This document shows, one piece after another, positions 1 to 13,882 of a DNA stretch of 64,000 nucleotides (positions are counted from its first letter, which is position 1; each line of letters starts with the position of its first letter). Source of the stretch: Octopus vulgaris. Lineage: Eukaryota. The stretch is from NCBI GenBank assembly GCA_951406725.2, contig OX597835.1:45508001-45572000 (forward strand). Reading direction: 5' to 3'. A program made the position numbers and the translations under genes. Under the pieces are notes generated by a model, which saw only the letters and a program-made list of their open reading frames with translations, did no database searches and was not told the DNA's origin.

Positions 1-184
1 TCTCTGTTAAACAATTCAATAGTGAAAGATATTATTCACATCATATAGAAAACATAGATAGATAGATAGATAGATAAACACACGCACACACACACACACA
101 CGCGCACGCGCAAAATCACACACACACACACACACACACTAAAATACATGTATATTTATGTTTATATATATATATTCTTAATAT

Positions 185-372
185 TAGTTTCAAATATTTT
201 GCAGAAGTCCGACAGTTTCCAGGGAAGTGGTAAGTCGATTTAATCCACCACGGTGCTCAGCTGGTACTTATTTTATCGAACCCGGGCTGACGAAAGGTAA
301 CTTCGGCCTAGGCAGAATGTGAACTCAGAATGCAAAGACTGACATGCTAACGACTCTACTAGGGTGCTGTCT
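185..372 (-). mobile_element. tRNA-derived SINE family A, diverged copy
   Basis: Reverse complement of the family core (ctggtacttattttatcga...gaaagg...tgaactcagaa) that recurs many times in the window. Confidence 0.7.
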
Positions 373-400
373 TAGATTATCCTTGATATTAATCTAGTGT

Positions 401-1095
401 AGAAACGTTAGCAGGCCGGGCGAAATGCTTCGCGGTATTTTGTCCGCCGGTACCTTCCGAGTTCAAGTTCCGCCGAGGTCGACTTAGCCTTTCATCCTTT
501 CAGGGTCGATAAATTAAGTATCAGTTACGCGCTGGGGTCAATGTAATCGACTTAATCCGTTTGTCTGTCCTCTCTGTGTTTAGCGCCTTGTGGGCAGTAA
601 AGAAATAGGTATTTCGGCTAGCCCCCAAAATGTTGGGCCTTGAGCTTAGAGTAGAAAAGAATCCTTATCACGGCGAGCAAAATAATTTGTGGCATTTCGT
701 CTGCATTTTGTTCTAAGTTCAAATTACGCCGAGGTCGACTTTGCTTTTCATCCTTTCGGGGTCAATAAAATAAGTACCAGTTGAGCACTAGGGTTGATGT
801 AATCGGCTCATTTTCTCACTTGAAATTGCTGGAATTGTGCCAAATTAGAAATCAATATTAATCTCAAGCAGAGGCTGGCGATTTGGCCGAACTGTTATGC
901 AGCTGGATCGTAATTATCGTCAGCATATCCTCGGTCTACTTTCTGAGTTCAAATACCACCGACGTCAACTTTGTTTTTTTTTCTTCTTTGCGTGATCGGT
1001 GAAATAAGTACAAGTTGAATATTGAGGTTGATGTAATCGACTTAACCGCTCCCCCACCCCGAACGTTCTGGCCTCGTACCAAAATTTGAAACCCT
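401..1095 (+). mobile_element. Tandem cluster of three SINE family A copies (~401-660, ~670-860, ~870-1095)
   Basis: Each has a B-box-like GAGTTCAA(A/G)TTCC, then gccgaggtcgactttgcctttcatcctttcggggtcgataaa..taagtaccag..ggggtcgatgtaatcgact; A-box-like TGGCNGAANCGTTAG in intact heads. Confidence 0.8.
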
Positions 1096-2094
1096 CGGTA
1101 ATACTCCGATCTCATCCCTTGAAATACAAATTCTCGCTCTACTTCATAACTTTTACTATATCTGCTCGTTTATTGGGATCCTATTTTTATTTCACCCATC
1201 TCTGCTTGCAACATTCTCTCTGATTTCAATATGACCACCTTTCGTGCCATTCACATTCGTGTCGTTCAAAGATCACCGATGCAAGGATTAAAACGACCGG
1301 CCCGGGCTCCCTTATTTCCCTTCGATCTATTTTTCAAGGCAACACCTAGACCTCTACATAACACTTACTCTCACTGTATAAATCTGATCGTATGACGGCT
1401 GCTACGTTAGGGAGAACAAATGCATATACTCATCATTCCATTACAGTACTACTGTATTTCTGGACGCTATCGTACTCCGAGACATCTCACTTCTCGGAGC
1501 TCCACAAGGATTTGTCTATATCCGTGGAAGCGCATGGGCTTCCGAGCTTTGAACATTAGAATCATATATGTGTGTGAGAGGAATACGTCATATCTGTATG
1601 CATCAGCGACACAAATACACAGAAACACACATGCACTCAATTACAGTATTACATAAAATAATAAATGCTGCTGTGTTTATGATTGATTAAAAATTCAATA
1701 TAAAATCAACCGGAATATCGCTGCTATATTACTCATATTCTCTTTCCATTGATGTATGGCTTACGCATTCATTTTCGATCTAATATTGAATTTGAAATGA
1801 AGATATCACTATATGTGTCATAGAAAATGGAACACGACAGAGTTTAATTGAGAGTCAACGAGAGGGCCATTACAAGCTTTATGCAGTCGCTACAAAAAAA
1901 AAACAAACAACTAAAGTCCAGATTCATTTTTCTTTCTTTCTTTTTCTCTGTCACTCTATCTGTCTCTTTATTACCCCCTCTGTCACTCCGTTGATTCCCT
2001 CTCCCTCACTAACCCTCACTCTCTCTGTTGGTTTTTGTGGCGGTGAAAAATATTTTTCCTTTCACAAAGAAAAATACTTATATACCTTCATACC

Positions 2095-2098
<4 letters not shown>

Positions 2099-2189
<91 letters not shown>

Positions 2190-2226
2190 GCCCATATATG
2201 CATACGTATATATATATATGTGTGTG

Positions 2227-2275
<49 letters not shown>

Positions 2276-2300
2276 CATGTATGTATGTATTTATATATCT
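2099..2300. repeat. (TA)n microsatellite with (TG)/(TATG) interruptions; representative of many such tracts
   Basis: Directly visible; source of the spurious YIYIYI ORFs. Confidence 0.95.
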
Positions 2301-3039
2301 ATGTATCTATGTATGAATATATGTAAAAATAGGGAGATAGATATATAGACAGAAAGAAAGATAGAAAAATAGATAGATAGTCAGACAGACAGACAGACGG
2401 ACAGATAGATATATAGATCCTTTTCTCAACTTGCTTTCATATAGAAAAATTACATATTTAACTTGTGCTGAATAATGAGGTACTTAAATAAATAGATGAA
2501 GCGTAAATGTTTGGCGCAGCAATCCAATATAAACGTGACGTGGGTATATCTTTTGAGGCTGTGAGTCAGATTTTCTGCCAAAATCCTTATTAGAACACTT
2601 GCAAATCAAATACAGTGAGCTATTCAAATACAGATAAATATTGATTTTAGTATAAATATGTATATCAAACAGTGTGATATATTGATCTACATCGATACAT
2701 CCTCAAAGAATCTCTAATATTGATAAATAATAATCTATATTAACATAGTATTTTACTTTGTGAAAAGAATGTTCTTAGAAAGCCTGCTTGTTTATGGGTA
2801 TTTTGAACGAATTCTCGATGATGCTTTTGAACAGCTCTCACTGCTTTCATAGTTTACGTTAAAGGATAAAAAGCAATGTAATGGATTTTGTGACATGTAT
2901 TAAATTAGAATATGTTGGATACAAGTGTATGGTGTTTAGTTATTATTTATGTCCTAAAGAAAGATATACAATAAGTGCATACTAATACAAAGGACTCTGT
3001 TGAAACATCGTAGGGAATAACGCAAGTTGAAATGGAGTA

Positions 3040-3770
3040 GGGCGTTGAATATTTAATAAATATTATATTCGAAGCGCTTCAGAGCGTTGCAAAATATGCC
3101 GTGCGTTATTCCTCACGTTCTTTGTATTGTGAGTTCAAATACCACTGAGGTCAGCCTTATCTTTCATCTCCCTTGTGTTAAAAATTTCGTGTCAAATACA
3201 GGCGTTGAACTAATCGATTGTAATCTGCATTAAAATTTACTACGAAATTGGAAAAAAAAAACTTTAAAAAACACTAATGTGGGGAAAACATGGCAAAAGT
3301 ACTAAATTAGAAGAAACAAAAGCTAAATTGCAAAAAAGAAGTATGTTAATAAGTAGCTACAAATCAATCCAGATTCACCAAAAGTCAAACCAAAAGTATT
3401 CCATCGGTAACGATCTCGTTTGTATATATCAAGGGATATATTTTCAAATATGTCATCTGCAATTTCTGTAATAAGAATTGATGGACTGTCGTGTGAATGA
3501 ACCATTGACCGAACAAACTTCCCCGAATATTCCACATACAGCTGTACCCATAACGTCATTCTCAAATAGAAGCAGTGAGCTACAGTGTGACAAGGCTGGA
3601 CGTTTCACATACAAGTACTGCCCATCCATCGGAGTTTCTACGCATTTTCCATGTACCCAAATCCACTTACTGGATTTGGTGACATCCAGGGTTATATAAA
3701 GTGACAACTACACAGCATTCCACTTGGTAGGATAAAACTAGTGACTCCATGGATTTGTGTTACAGTCAAT
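3040..3770. mobile_element. Highly decayed SINE remnants (family A + at ~3040-3260; family B-like - at ~3540-3770)
   Basis: gagttcaaataccactgaggtcagccttatctttcatc at ~3131; ttttccatgtacccaaatccact...cagggttatataaagtgacaac aligns by eye to the reverse strand of family B. Confidence 0.45.
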
Positions 3771-3821
3771 AATAATTGAAGAAGAAGGGGAAGAAGAGTA
3801 ATAATAATAGTAATAATAATA

Positions 3822-3912
<91 letters not shown>

Positions 3913-3914
<2 letters not shown>

Positions 3915-4236
3915 GAAATGGAGAAACTCTCAAAATACAAAGACCTGGAAATAGAGATAACTAGAATGTGGAACCTGAAAACAGAAACAATTCCTATCAT
4001 AGTAGGTGCATTAGGCATGATAAAAAAATATTCAGACAAATACATAACAAAAACACCAGGACTTACAAACACATATAACATACAGAAAATTGCACTACTA
4101 GGCACTGCACACATCCTACGCAGAACACTTTCCATACAATAACCATCAGAGCATCACAACAAATCACAGCACATACCCAAGGCACACAGAGCTGCGCTCG
4201 GTAGTGAAGTGAAAGCACGCTATAAAAATAAAACTA

Positions 4237-4239
<3 letters not shown>
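3913..4239 (+). mobile_element. R4/Dong-clade non-LTR retrotransposon, 5'-truncated 3' end, inserted in (TAA)n
   Basis: ORF 3918-4142 EKLSKYKDLEIEITRMWNLKTETIPIIVGALGMI...QKIALLGTAHILRRTL is the C-terminus of a restriction-like endonuclease LINE; ~100-bp 3' UTR; (AAT)n on both sides. Confidence 0.88.
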
Positions 4240-4268
<29 letters not shown>

Positions 4269-4269
<1 letters not shown>

Positions 4270-4460
4270 TCTTTCTACTATAGGCATAAGGCCTGAAATT
4301 TTGGGAGAGGGGGCTAGTCAATTTCATAGGACCCAGTGTTCACCATTATTTATTTTATCAGCACCAAATCGATGAAAAGTAAAGTCGATCTCTGCGGAAC
4401 TTGAACTCAGAATGTAAAGACGGAAGAAAGACTACTAAGCATTTTCTCCGGCGTGTGTCG
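4269..4460 (-). mobile_element. SINE family A copy
   Basis: Reverse-strand core: ttattttatc...gatgaaaagtaaagtcgatctctgcggaacttgaactcagaa. Confidence 0.75.
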
Positions 4461-5430
4461 TCTAATATTAGCAAGTCTCATCACAAGCTCATGACTACTG
4501 TAGTCCCATCGTGTTTATAAGTTCACGTAAAATTTATTATAGAATAAGATTTACTCTAATATAATCAGATATGACTTTTGAAATGCGAGTGATATTTAGA
4601 ATGTCCGTTGTGTAGACATGATTTCAAAGACTGAGGATGCAACTGCTGAAGGGTAATACTTGTCCTGAATTTCGAAAACCAGATGCTTTATGACTCGCTT
4701 AAAGACATGTTACATCTGAATCTAGTTTCCTACAAGTAAATAGCCATAAACTCAAGAAAAGGTTATTGAAGAGAATGAAAGTATATTCTTCATTCGATGT
4801 TCAAGAGAAAGAACAATATTGTTTATAGCGGATGATTAGTTCTTCCAGAGCAACAGTAGTAAGTAATTAGTAATGCTAATAGAAGTCTTGAGAAATCGGT
4901 GCGAGTGTGGGAGGGATTTTTTCCTGAGAATTTCAACAGATTTCTCCAAGACCGATTTTTATTCATGTAATAATAATTTCAGCCCGGAACACACAATGGT
5001 AATATGTTTGGGATAATATACATAAGCAATATTACAAAATGCAGTTATATATTCGCAAATGAATGCAAATAAAGAAAGCTTTCACATCAGAGCATCGGAA
5101 CTTCATGGTCACCCTAACGGTTCAACTTTACCTTTCTTTATTTGCATTAATTTGTGAATTTCTTAATGGAGAAAGAAGGTTCCAAAACGGCCGCAATACT
5201 AAGGATGATAAATAACTATATAAATATATTCACCTTTCATATCCCTTGGGTTTCATGGTGTGTATGGCTATCATCAACAAATTTCGTCTGTCAGGTATCC
5301 TGGCTTTCAGTTGCATGGACTCTACATTACATTTATCTGTATTGAATTACTGTGAACTGTTAACCGACTCCATTAGAGGAGCATTCTGTGATAGCCACAT
5401 GAATCTCCGAGACCATATCAGATACAAGAA

Positions 5431-5525
<95 letters not shown>

Positions 5526-5526
5526 C

Positions 5527-5590
5527 GAATGGTCATTTTAACAGTTTAGCCAATAAAAACGCACGCACTATTTGTGTTAATTCGCTTCAG
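5527..5590 (-). mobile_element. Short pLTR fragment of the Penelope-like family at 19986-21778
   Basis: gaatggtcattttaacagtttagccaataaaaacgcacgcactat...gcttcag closely matches 20057-20125; lies between (GA)n and (CA)n tracts. Confidence 0.7.
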
Positions 5591-5594
5591 CTTT

Positions 5595-5636
<42 letters not shown>

Positions 5637-5677
5637 TGTGGGAGAGAGAGAGAGTGATAGATCGAGAGATAGATAGA

Positions 5678-6358
5678 TATGAAGAACAAAGTGCAGTCAT
5701 CCGATTTCACTGGCCGGAAGGTGTCAGCGGCTGAAATATATTGGAGGCTGTTAGCGCCTTTCGGGGACAGTGCACTAACGCGTAGAAGTGTGTATAAGTA
5801 GATCGAGAATTTGAAAAGTTTAAAAGTTTAAACGTTTAAAAGTTTTGAGACTCAAAAGGGTCTAAACTGGGTGACTACTTGGAAAAGGGGTTTACGATCA
5901 ACAGCGCAAGGTGCAGTGCTTTGCTCACCAACAAACTCAAGCCAGCAGTTCGCAACCATACGCCGAAGCCTATTGTCGAATAAATGTTTTGCTGTTGCAT
6001 TACAATGCACTTCCACACATGACCGCCCAGACTGTTGAAACCATTAGCCAATTGGGTTTTGAGGTGATGGAACACACTGCCTACCACTGAGATCTCGACC
6101 CTTCCGACTTCTCAAAGAAGGTTTCGAGGTCATTAATTTCTTACAGATGAAGATGTGAAGGAAGCGGAGCTTAAATCTTTGCACGATTAACCGAAAGTCT
6201 TCTTCTAGGAGGGAATATGCAAGATTGTCGACCGATGGATTGAGTGCATCGAAAAGTAAGGCGATTATATAGAAAAATAACGTACTTGTTTGCCTCCTGT
6301 TTTTGTGTGTATACATTGAAAAGACAAGAGTGCGTACAATTTGTGACCCTCTCTCGTA
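5678..6358 (+). mobile_element. Internally deleted, decayed mariner transposon
   Basis: Broken frames give EQSAVIRF..EGVS (N-terminal HTH), DYLEKGFTINSAR, HYNALPH and HTAYH*DLDPSDF (decayed HPxYSPDLAPSD); ends in ...ccctctctcgTA like a mariner TIR. Confidence 0.8.
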
Positions 6359-7425
6359 TTTATTGTAATGTTTCGCTTACCTTTTTTTATAGACTATCAA
6401 ACCAAGCGAAGATATAGCTGTTGACATCTGCAGACTCAACTCGACGTATCATATGGACGACATTGTTCCTCTGTATTGTTATTCTGGGTTTTTCTTATAT
6501 TCTTCGTACTAAAAACCTTCACGACATTATGAAGGTTGTCAAGATGCCGTTCAGATTAGCACACCCACCTGATATATTTGTTATGTGTTAGGCAGTGTGG
6601 AGGGGAGAGGAGACATTGTACATAGGCAACTACGGTGCCTCGGAGTTTGGAGGGAGAAGTGGAAGCTAGGAAGGTATTCTTGAAACGGATGCTTAGATTG
6701 ACTACTTGTAACATAGAGGGCTTCAAGATAGGTGCCTGATCCAGATGATTGCAGCAAACTGAGTATTACAGAGGTTAAAATCTGCCACCCATTAAGTTGT
6801 AACGAGAACTGAGAGCCTTAACAAATTAGGGACACTCTTAGAATTCCGCCAACTCACCTCCTTGGCATTATAGTTTCTTTTTATCGACAACGAAAGGGTG
6901 AAAGACAAACTTGATTTTACCGTGATTTCAGTTCAGACAAATATTTAGGACATAATCTGCGAAGAATTCTATACTCACGCTCTAATGACACTGCAAAATT
7001 TTCACCAACTTTTGGATATTTCCTGACGTGGTTCTGCTTTGGTATTAGCCATAACAAAACTAATTGTCTGAAAGAGAACCTTCCAAAATGAAAAGTAACC
7101 TTATTACTAAATTATAATTTGTAATGAAAATATACTTCTAATGCCCATTTCATATGACAAACTGTTTTTCGTTATTAGATAAACATGTGATTGACAATAT
7201 TAAATAATCGAGTGAGTACAGAGAAATAATTCATATGATTGCGAGACAAGAGACATGTGATAGACAATAAATACCTATCAGATAATAAAATATGCATACA
7301 CCCCTTTTTCTATATTTGTGGGGACATTTGACTTTGAGACTATTATTATTATTATTATCATTATTATTATTCATTATCATCATCATAATCATCATCATCC
7401 TCATTATCATCATCATTATTATTAC

Positions 7426-7949
7426 TGAGTGTGCATGTCATCAAAGTGACACAGGGGTAAAATATACGAAGCCCAGTATACCCATCATGACTACCCATCT
7501 GATAAGGGTATACCAGGCACATGCATCACAACCATATGCGCGCGACATGGTGATCTCTTATCAAGATAAACAGCACATGACCTTGCATGTGGGGCCCAGT
7601 TAAAATTGTCTTCTGGTCGAGTAACCCATCCTGCTGAAAAGGTCCCTGAATAAGGTTTGTTTAAAGATGTTGAACGTACACCCATGTTTCCAGAGGTGAA
7701 TTATTCAAGCCCCAAAGGATCCCTCTCAACACATGGCTATGATGCTCCCCCACTATTTCTGCTCGTGGTCAGAGATGCACATATCGTCAGCTATTAAGGG
7801 ACATGCTCAACTGGTTAAGGTCAAACAACTGACAAGCAAATCTGTGCTATTAAGCAGAATATTTGTTGTAGCCCATCTTTTATACCAAGACAAAACAATG
7901 TACATGATAACACTTCCAATCAGTTAAGATCAGAAGCCATGAGAGCCAC

Positions 7950-7950
<1 letters not shown>
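7426..7950 (-). mobile_element. ~525-bp non-coding interspersed element in (TAA)n, copy 1 (slightly 5'-truncated)
   Basis: Collinear and highly similar to 32298-32850; flanked by (ATT)n/(ATC)n; no credible ORF; strand assigned by analogy with the Dong copies. Confidence 0.8.
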
Positions 7951-8036
<86 letters not shown>

Positions 8037-9069
8037 AAAGTAGTAGTAGTAGTAGTAGTAGTTGTAGTATCATTGTCGTTGTTGTTGTTGTTGTTAATAA
8101 TAATACTGATAACTGTTTCTTATGAAGGAGAATATCCCCAACTAAATGTATTTTAATTTAAACAAAAAAAAAAGTGAATCTATAACAGTATTGATTGCAT
8201 CTCTTTCTAGTTGAGGAAATATAAGCCCCTTTTGTGGGTAATAATGATTCATAGTTGGGGCTCTTTGATTTTCCCTTCCATCCCCTGTTTCTTCATACTC
8301 GGCATTCAATAGAAAACTTGAGTCTATTTACATTTTTTATTTATTTTGTATTTATTTTCTATATTTTATTTACTATTCATTTTTCGATGATATTTTATTT
8401 CATTTATTTATGCATTAATATTGTTTTGTTATGGTTATTGAGGAGCGTGTGATCATCTTTTTTCCAAAGGAGCCGAGTGGTGATCGAAATATTTCGGATA
8501 TCCAATAGCTACAATACCGCTCAGCCCTGTCATTATGTTCCACTTGAAAAGTACACTAGTATGAACGAACAAGAAATTTTCGTCAAAGTACAACTCCAAA
8601 GGAAATATTTGTATTGTCGCCGCTTTATTACAATCTTCAGCTATTCCATTTGCGAATTATAGCTATATTAAAGCGAATTAAGAGTGCTGGTCCAACAAAC
8701 GCCAGAGTAAGAGATAAAATGCTTAGTTGCGTTTGTAACGGCCATTTGCATTCTGATTTCAATACGTGTAAGCCTTTCGTCACATACTAGAGTAGATAAA
8801 TTCGACTTGCTCATTCGTTTCAAGAATGCTGGCCTTGTGCCTATATTAGAAATTACTATTATATTCGATTATATATATATATATTCTAAAATGTTCGGCA
8901 TGTGGTCAACCAACTTGTTGCTAAACCCATATTGTTAGATCTATATATATATATATAAAAATTGTTTAAGTTTTTACCGAATATGGTCCTTTTCCATGCC
9001 GGAAAACTGCTAGGTGAAATTTGTTGATTTTATTAAATTAATACATTTTCACCCTATATCTGTAATGAT

Positions 9070-9136
<67 letters not shown>

Positions 9137-9191
9137 CATATAAATAAATGAATGAATGGAGTTGAACGAAGATGTTAACAAAATTCATTTA

Positions 9192-9273
9192 CTCTCTACA
9201 TAGGTTTCGAAGACAACATGGTTTCATTCAAAAGGAATAAACGGTGCAAGATGCAATCTTCTCATCAGGAAAG
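9192..9273 (-). ncRNA. Type I hammerhead ribozyme motif (left arm)
   Basis: Minus strand: CUUUC-CUGAUGA-GAAGA..UCUUC-GAAA-CCUAUG-UA-GAGAG; stem I CUUUC/GAGAG, 5-bp stem II, short stem III, GUA triplet. Confidence 0.7.
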
Positions 9274-9307
9274 AAAGGGACCCTCTCGCAACAACAAGAC
9301 AAACAAA

Positions 9308-9389
9308 AATTCCTGATGAGAAGATTGCATCTTGCACCGTTTATTCCTTTGGAATGAAACCATGTTGTCTTCGAAATATATGTCGAGAG
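9308..9389 (+). ncRNA. Type I hammerhead ribozyme motif (right arm)
   Basis: CTGATGA (9313-9319), GAAGA/TCTTC stem II, GAAA (9373-9376), TATATG, TC cleavage site, GAGAG; 5' strand of stem I shortened by the inversion junction. Confidence 0.65.
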
Positions 9390-9615
9390 TAAAAGAATTT
9401 TGTTAACATCTTCGTTCAACTCCATTCATTCATTTAATCATATATAACACACAAATTTCTGCACATAAACCCGGAGTTTCTACTCTTGGACAGGTCGCTT
9501 CAACCGTGTTTATGACGTGAATTTCCTACCCTGGTATCGGTTCATCGAAGTTTCCATGTTGACGGTAAACATAGGATAATTCATTCACTTATCGAAATAT
9601 ATATATATATATATT

Positions 9616-10165
9616 TCGTCATCGCGAAATGAATAACACATTTTACCAGTCCAGTTTACTAGTAGAATGACTTTATCATCACAGCGATACTTGTTCCCAG
9701 CCAAGTGATTTTAATATTGGGGAACAGATGATAGCCAGATGGGGGCCAAATCAGGAGTATAGATGGGGATGGCCAACCACGTCAATGCCATAATCGAGTA
9801 TAGCGACCATTGAAGCTGAGGATTTGTTTGCTGGTGTATTGTTATGATAAAATAAGGCCACTTACGTCAGTTTCCGTAAGTGTATCATCTTGATAGCCTT
9901 TTGTAACTTTGACACAATGTTGGCGCAATATTCTCCATCTTAGCTGTGACTCTTTTGAGGATAGGCAACAAACAAAAATTCATTTTCATCCCAAGTTGGA
10001 GAGATCGTCACACTCCCGGCAGGTTGAACAGTAAGGTATCAATTTACATGGGAAAAGACAATGCATTTATTAATAAGAAGGGTTGAAATTAATACAGAGA
10101 AAATTTCACAGCTCTAGCATCACTTTGTCAGAGTCAGCACATGAACTATTCAGCCTCCCTTCGTA
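9616..10165 (-). mobile_element. Internally deleted mariner remnant
   Basis: Minus strand begins TAcgaagggaggctgaatagttc (mariner-like TIR); frameshifted HP.YTPDLAP.S.YHLFP..HLAGNKYRCDDKV near 9670-9780. Confidence 0.75.
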
Positions 10166-10289
10166 TACATGTAGAGAGATGGGTAGGTTTGTAGATACAT
10201 AGATAGACGATAGATAGAATGATAAATAAATAGACAGACAGACAGACAGACAGATAGGTAGCTACATAGATAGATATGTAAATATATAG

Positions 10290-10485
<196 letters not shown>

Positions 10486-10922
10486 GATAAATAGAGCGAT
10501 AGACAGATACATAGACAAGCATACAGGCAGATAGGTAGATTATAAGTATTCACAAAAACGCAAAGGGAAAGCCAATAAATGAATAAAGAATGTTCACAAA
10601 GGAACGTTGACGGAAAAATACAAACGAGGAACAAAAGACATCTAAGTTAAAAATAAAAATAAAACAAATAAAAACATTAAAATATGTTATAGATTTTTGG
10701 TGGAGAGAGTTTCTTATTCATACAAAACCTCCCATAACGCATGGGTACTAACTGCAAGTCTGTCATTTGTATTCAAGCTTTTTCCTTTTTCTCATGTCTA
10801 TAATCTCACTTGGATTTTGCTTATGCAGAAGAAAAAAAAATCGAAAAATGGTACTTTTATTATACATTTTATTTTTTATTTTCTGTAACAGCAATAATAG
10901 CAAGAATACGAATATAAATAAC

Positions 10923-10957
<35 letters not shown>

Positions 10958-10959
10958 CA

Positions 10960-10994
<35 letters not shown>

Positions 10995-11355
10995 AACGAC
11001 GTCGGCGATGATGACAGGATCGTGATTATGATAATAATCGCTATGAGGAGGCGAAAAACAAGAATCGCTTTTAGGGGGATGATGACGATGAGGATGGTGA
11101 TAAATAACAAAATGATGAGGATAATGATTCGAGGGCCTGAAATCATCAGGATAGAGAATCGAAGCTAAAGGAATTTATTTGTAATACCTTCCGACGTTTG
11201 TCATGTAAAACATTACTGCAAAACCCTTTATATGAAGGCGTATATATACATATATATATATACACACACACACACGCACACACACACGCACACACACACA
11301 CACATGTATATATATATATGTATATATATGAGGAAATTGCGTATTTGTGTGTATA

Positions 11356-11400
<45 letters not shown>

Positions 11401-11424
11401 CGATCAATACGTATATATATGTGT

Positions 11425-11638
11425 GTGTTTGTCTGTAGTTGTCACTCCCACCACCATCGCTTGACTACCAATGTTGGTGTGTTTACATCCCCGTCACGTA
11501 GTGGTTCCGCAGAATAGACCGATAGAATAATTACTAGACTTACAAAGAATAAGTTCTGGGGTCGATTTCTTGGACAAAAGGCGGAGCCCCAGCATGGCCG
11601 CAGTCAAATGACTAAAACAAGTAAAATAATAAAAGAAT
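11425..11638 (+). mobile_element. SINE family B, 3' half
   Basis: gcttgac..atgttggtgtgtttacatccccgt..gaccgatagaataa..ggggtcgattt..aaaggcgg..cagcatggccgcagtcaaatgactaaaacaagtaaaa matches 19720-19900. Confidence 0.8.
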
Positions 11639-11685
11639 GCATACACAATAATCCACTATAGACACACACACACATATATAATACC

Positions 11686-12078
11686 CTTTCTAGTTGGAGT
11701 GCAAGGCCTCAAATTTGGAGGAAAGGATTAAGTCGATTACCTCGACCACAGTGCGTAACTGGTATTAATTTTATAATTAAGGATCAAAGGCAAAGTCAAC
11801 CACGGCGGAATTTGAACTCAGAACATAACAGCAGTCGAAATACCTATTTCTTTATTACCCACAATGGGCTAAACATAGAGGAGACAAACAAGGACAGAAA
11901 AACGGATTAAGTCGATTATATCGACTCCAGTGCGTAACTGGTACTTATTTAATCGACCCCGAAAGGATGAAAGGCAAAGTCGATCTCGGCGGAATTTGAA
12001 CTCAGAACGTAGCGGCAGACGAAATACCGCTGAGCATTTCGCCCGGCGCGCTAACGATTCTGCCATCTCGCCGCCCTT
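11686..12078 (-). mobile_element. SINE family A dimer (well-preserved head plus partial second monomer)
   Basis: Minus strand starts aagggcggcgagatggcagaatcgttagcgcgccgggcg (A box), then gagttcaaattccgccg (B box); the core is repeated after a gtttgtctcctctatgtttagccc..aagaaataggtatttcg linker. Confidence 0.85.
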
Positions 12079-12605
12079 GCCCGTTCACCGCTCAACTCAC
12101 ATATAATATGAACTCTAATATATTTATTCCGTCTAATATATTCTTGAACATCTTTCCCAAACTCTTCAATTTATTCACTTTGCCTTTAATAAACATGTTT
12201 CTTTTTCCCTTTTCGCTCGTTTTATTCATTTCTCTTCCGTTCAATACCGGCATTTTGCGTCTTTACATATGCATGAACGGTCCAACCGCTGAAAACATGT
12301 TTGTATCGATGTATGTATAAATTGACGTAATTATGCAGATGTGAATGAGGTACACATCTATTTATCTATCTAATTATATCAGTTTCCCTTCATGAAATGC
12401 CAACATATCTGTATATAAGTGTATGTATGTGCTTGCGTGAGGGCACGTGTATATGAAATGCCTGTCTGTCTGCCTCTCTCACGCTCTCTTCTCATTCTCT
12501 CTTCTCTCTCACTCTCTCTCTCTCTCTCTCTCTCTCTTCCTTGTATGTACACGTGTGTTTGTTTGTGATTGTACGAGCAACATAGTGTGCCTTTTATTGA
12601 CTTTT

Positions 12606-12812
12606 AAGGCGGCGTGCTGGTAGAACTATTAGCACGCCGGACAGAATGCTGAAATAGCATTTCGTCCGTCTATATTCTCTGTGTTCAAATTCCACCGAGG
12701 CCGACTTTATCTTTTATAATTTTGGGGTCGAAAAAATAAGTACAAGTTGTGCAAAGGGATGGCTGTAACCGACCTACCCCTTGCCTCGAACCTTCAGTCT
12801 AAAGCAGAAAGG
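12606..12812 (+). mobile_element. SINE family A copy
   Basis: aaggcggcgtgctggtagaa head, gttcaaattccaccgaggccgacttt core. Confidence 0.8.
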
Positions 12813-13424
12813 ATTATTATTCTGTTGTTATTATTATTATTAGTAGGGGGGATGAGGATTTGTTTTTGTTGTCGGGGCAGCAGTAATGCGCATCTGATTA
12901 TTTGATGCTTGCACTACATATTTATTTTTTCATCAAACTTTTATTCACATTACGATTTAAGGATGACAGCCACCAAATCATAAAATCCCAGTCTCATGCA
13001 ATCAAAAATAATAAGCTACATAGCATTTCAATGCAACCCATTCGTATCATGGCGCTCAATACTTCGACTCATTCACAAATTTCCTATTCAGCACCAGTTC
13101 CAAATATGCCATCAATATCAACAGAAAAGCTAACAAATACAGCACCATTTGTAACACCACCGAGGTTGCAACCACCAGCTCAAGATAACGCAACGCATAG
13201 CATTACCGCACACGCAAATCATTATTACCTCCATAACTATTGCTAGGTGCTCCACCAATAGACTTGAAGGCATTTCTGTTATCAAGAACCCAACAATAAC
13301 AGCGATCTTTCGCAGCAGCAGAAGGAACAACTGCTTCGCTTAGACTAAAACCCACCCACTTTTTACGGTAACGTCAAATCCCTTCAGACTTATATTTCAC
13401 TTTATCGTTGCATAATTGTTGGAG

Positions 13425-13882
<458 letters not shown>

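Larger units (their letters stand above)
9145..9597. mobile_element. Fold-back Penelope pLTR-like mini-element in (TA)n: 127-bp inverted arms (9145-9271 / 9310-9436) plus unpaired tail
   Basis: Arms are reverse complements with ~5 mismatches and a 38-bp spacer; (TA)n on both sides; each arm holds a hammerhead motif. Confidence 0.8.

Noticed and set aside
3323-3707. Overlapping 73-84-aa ORFs as a host exon
   Set aside because: The region aligns by eye to a decayed SINE and has no recognisable protein motif.
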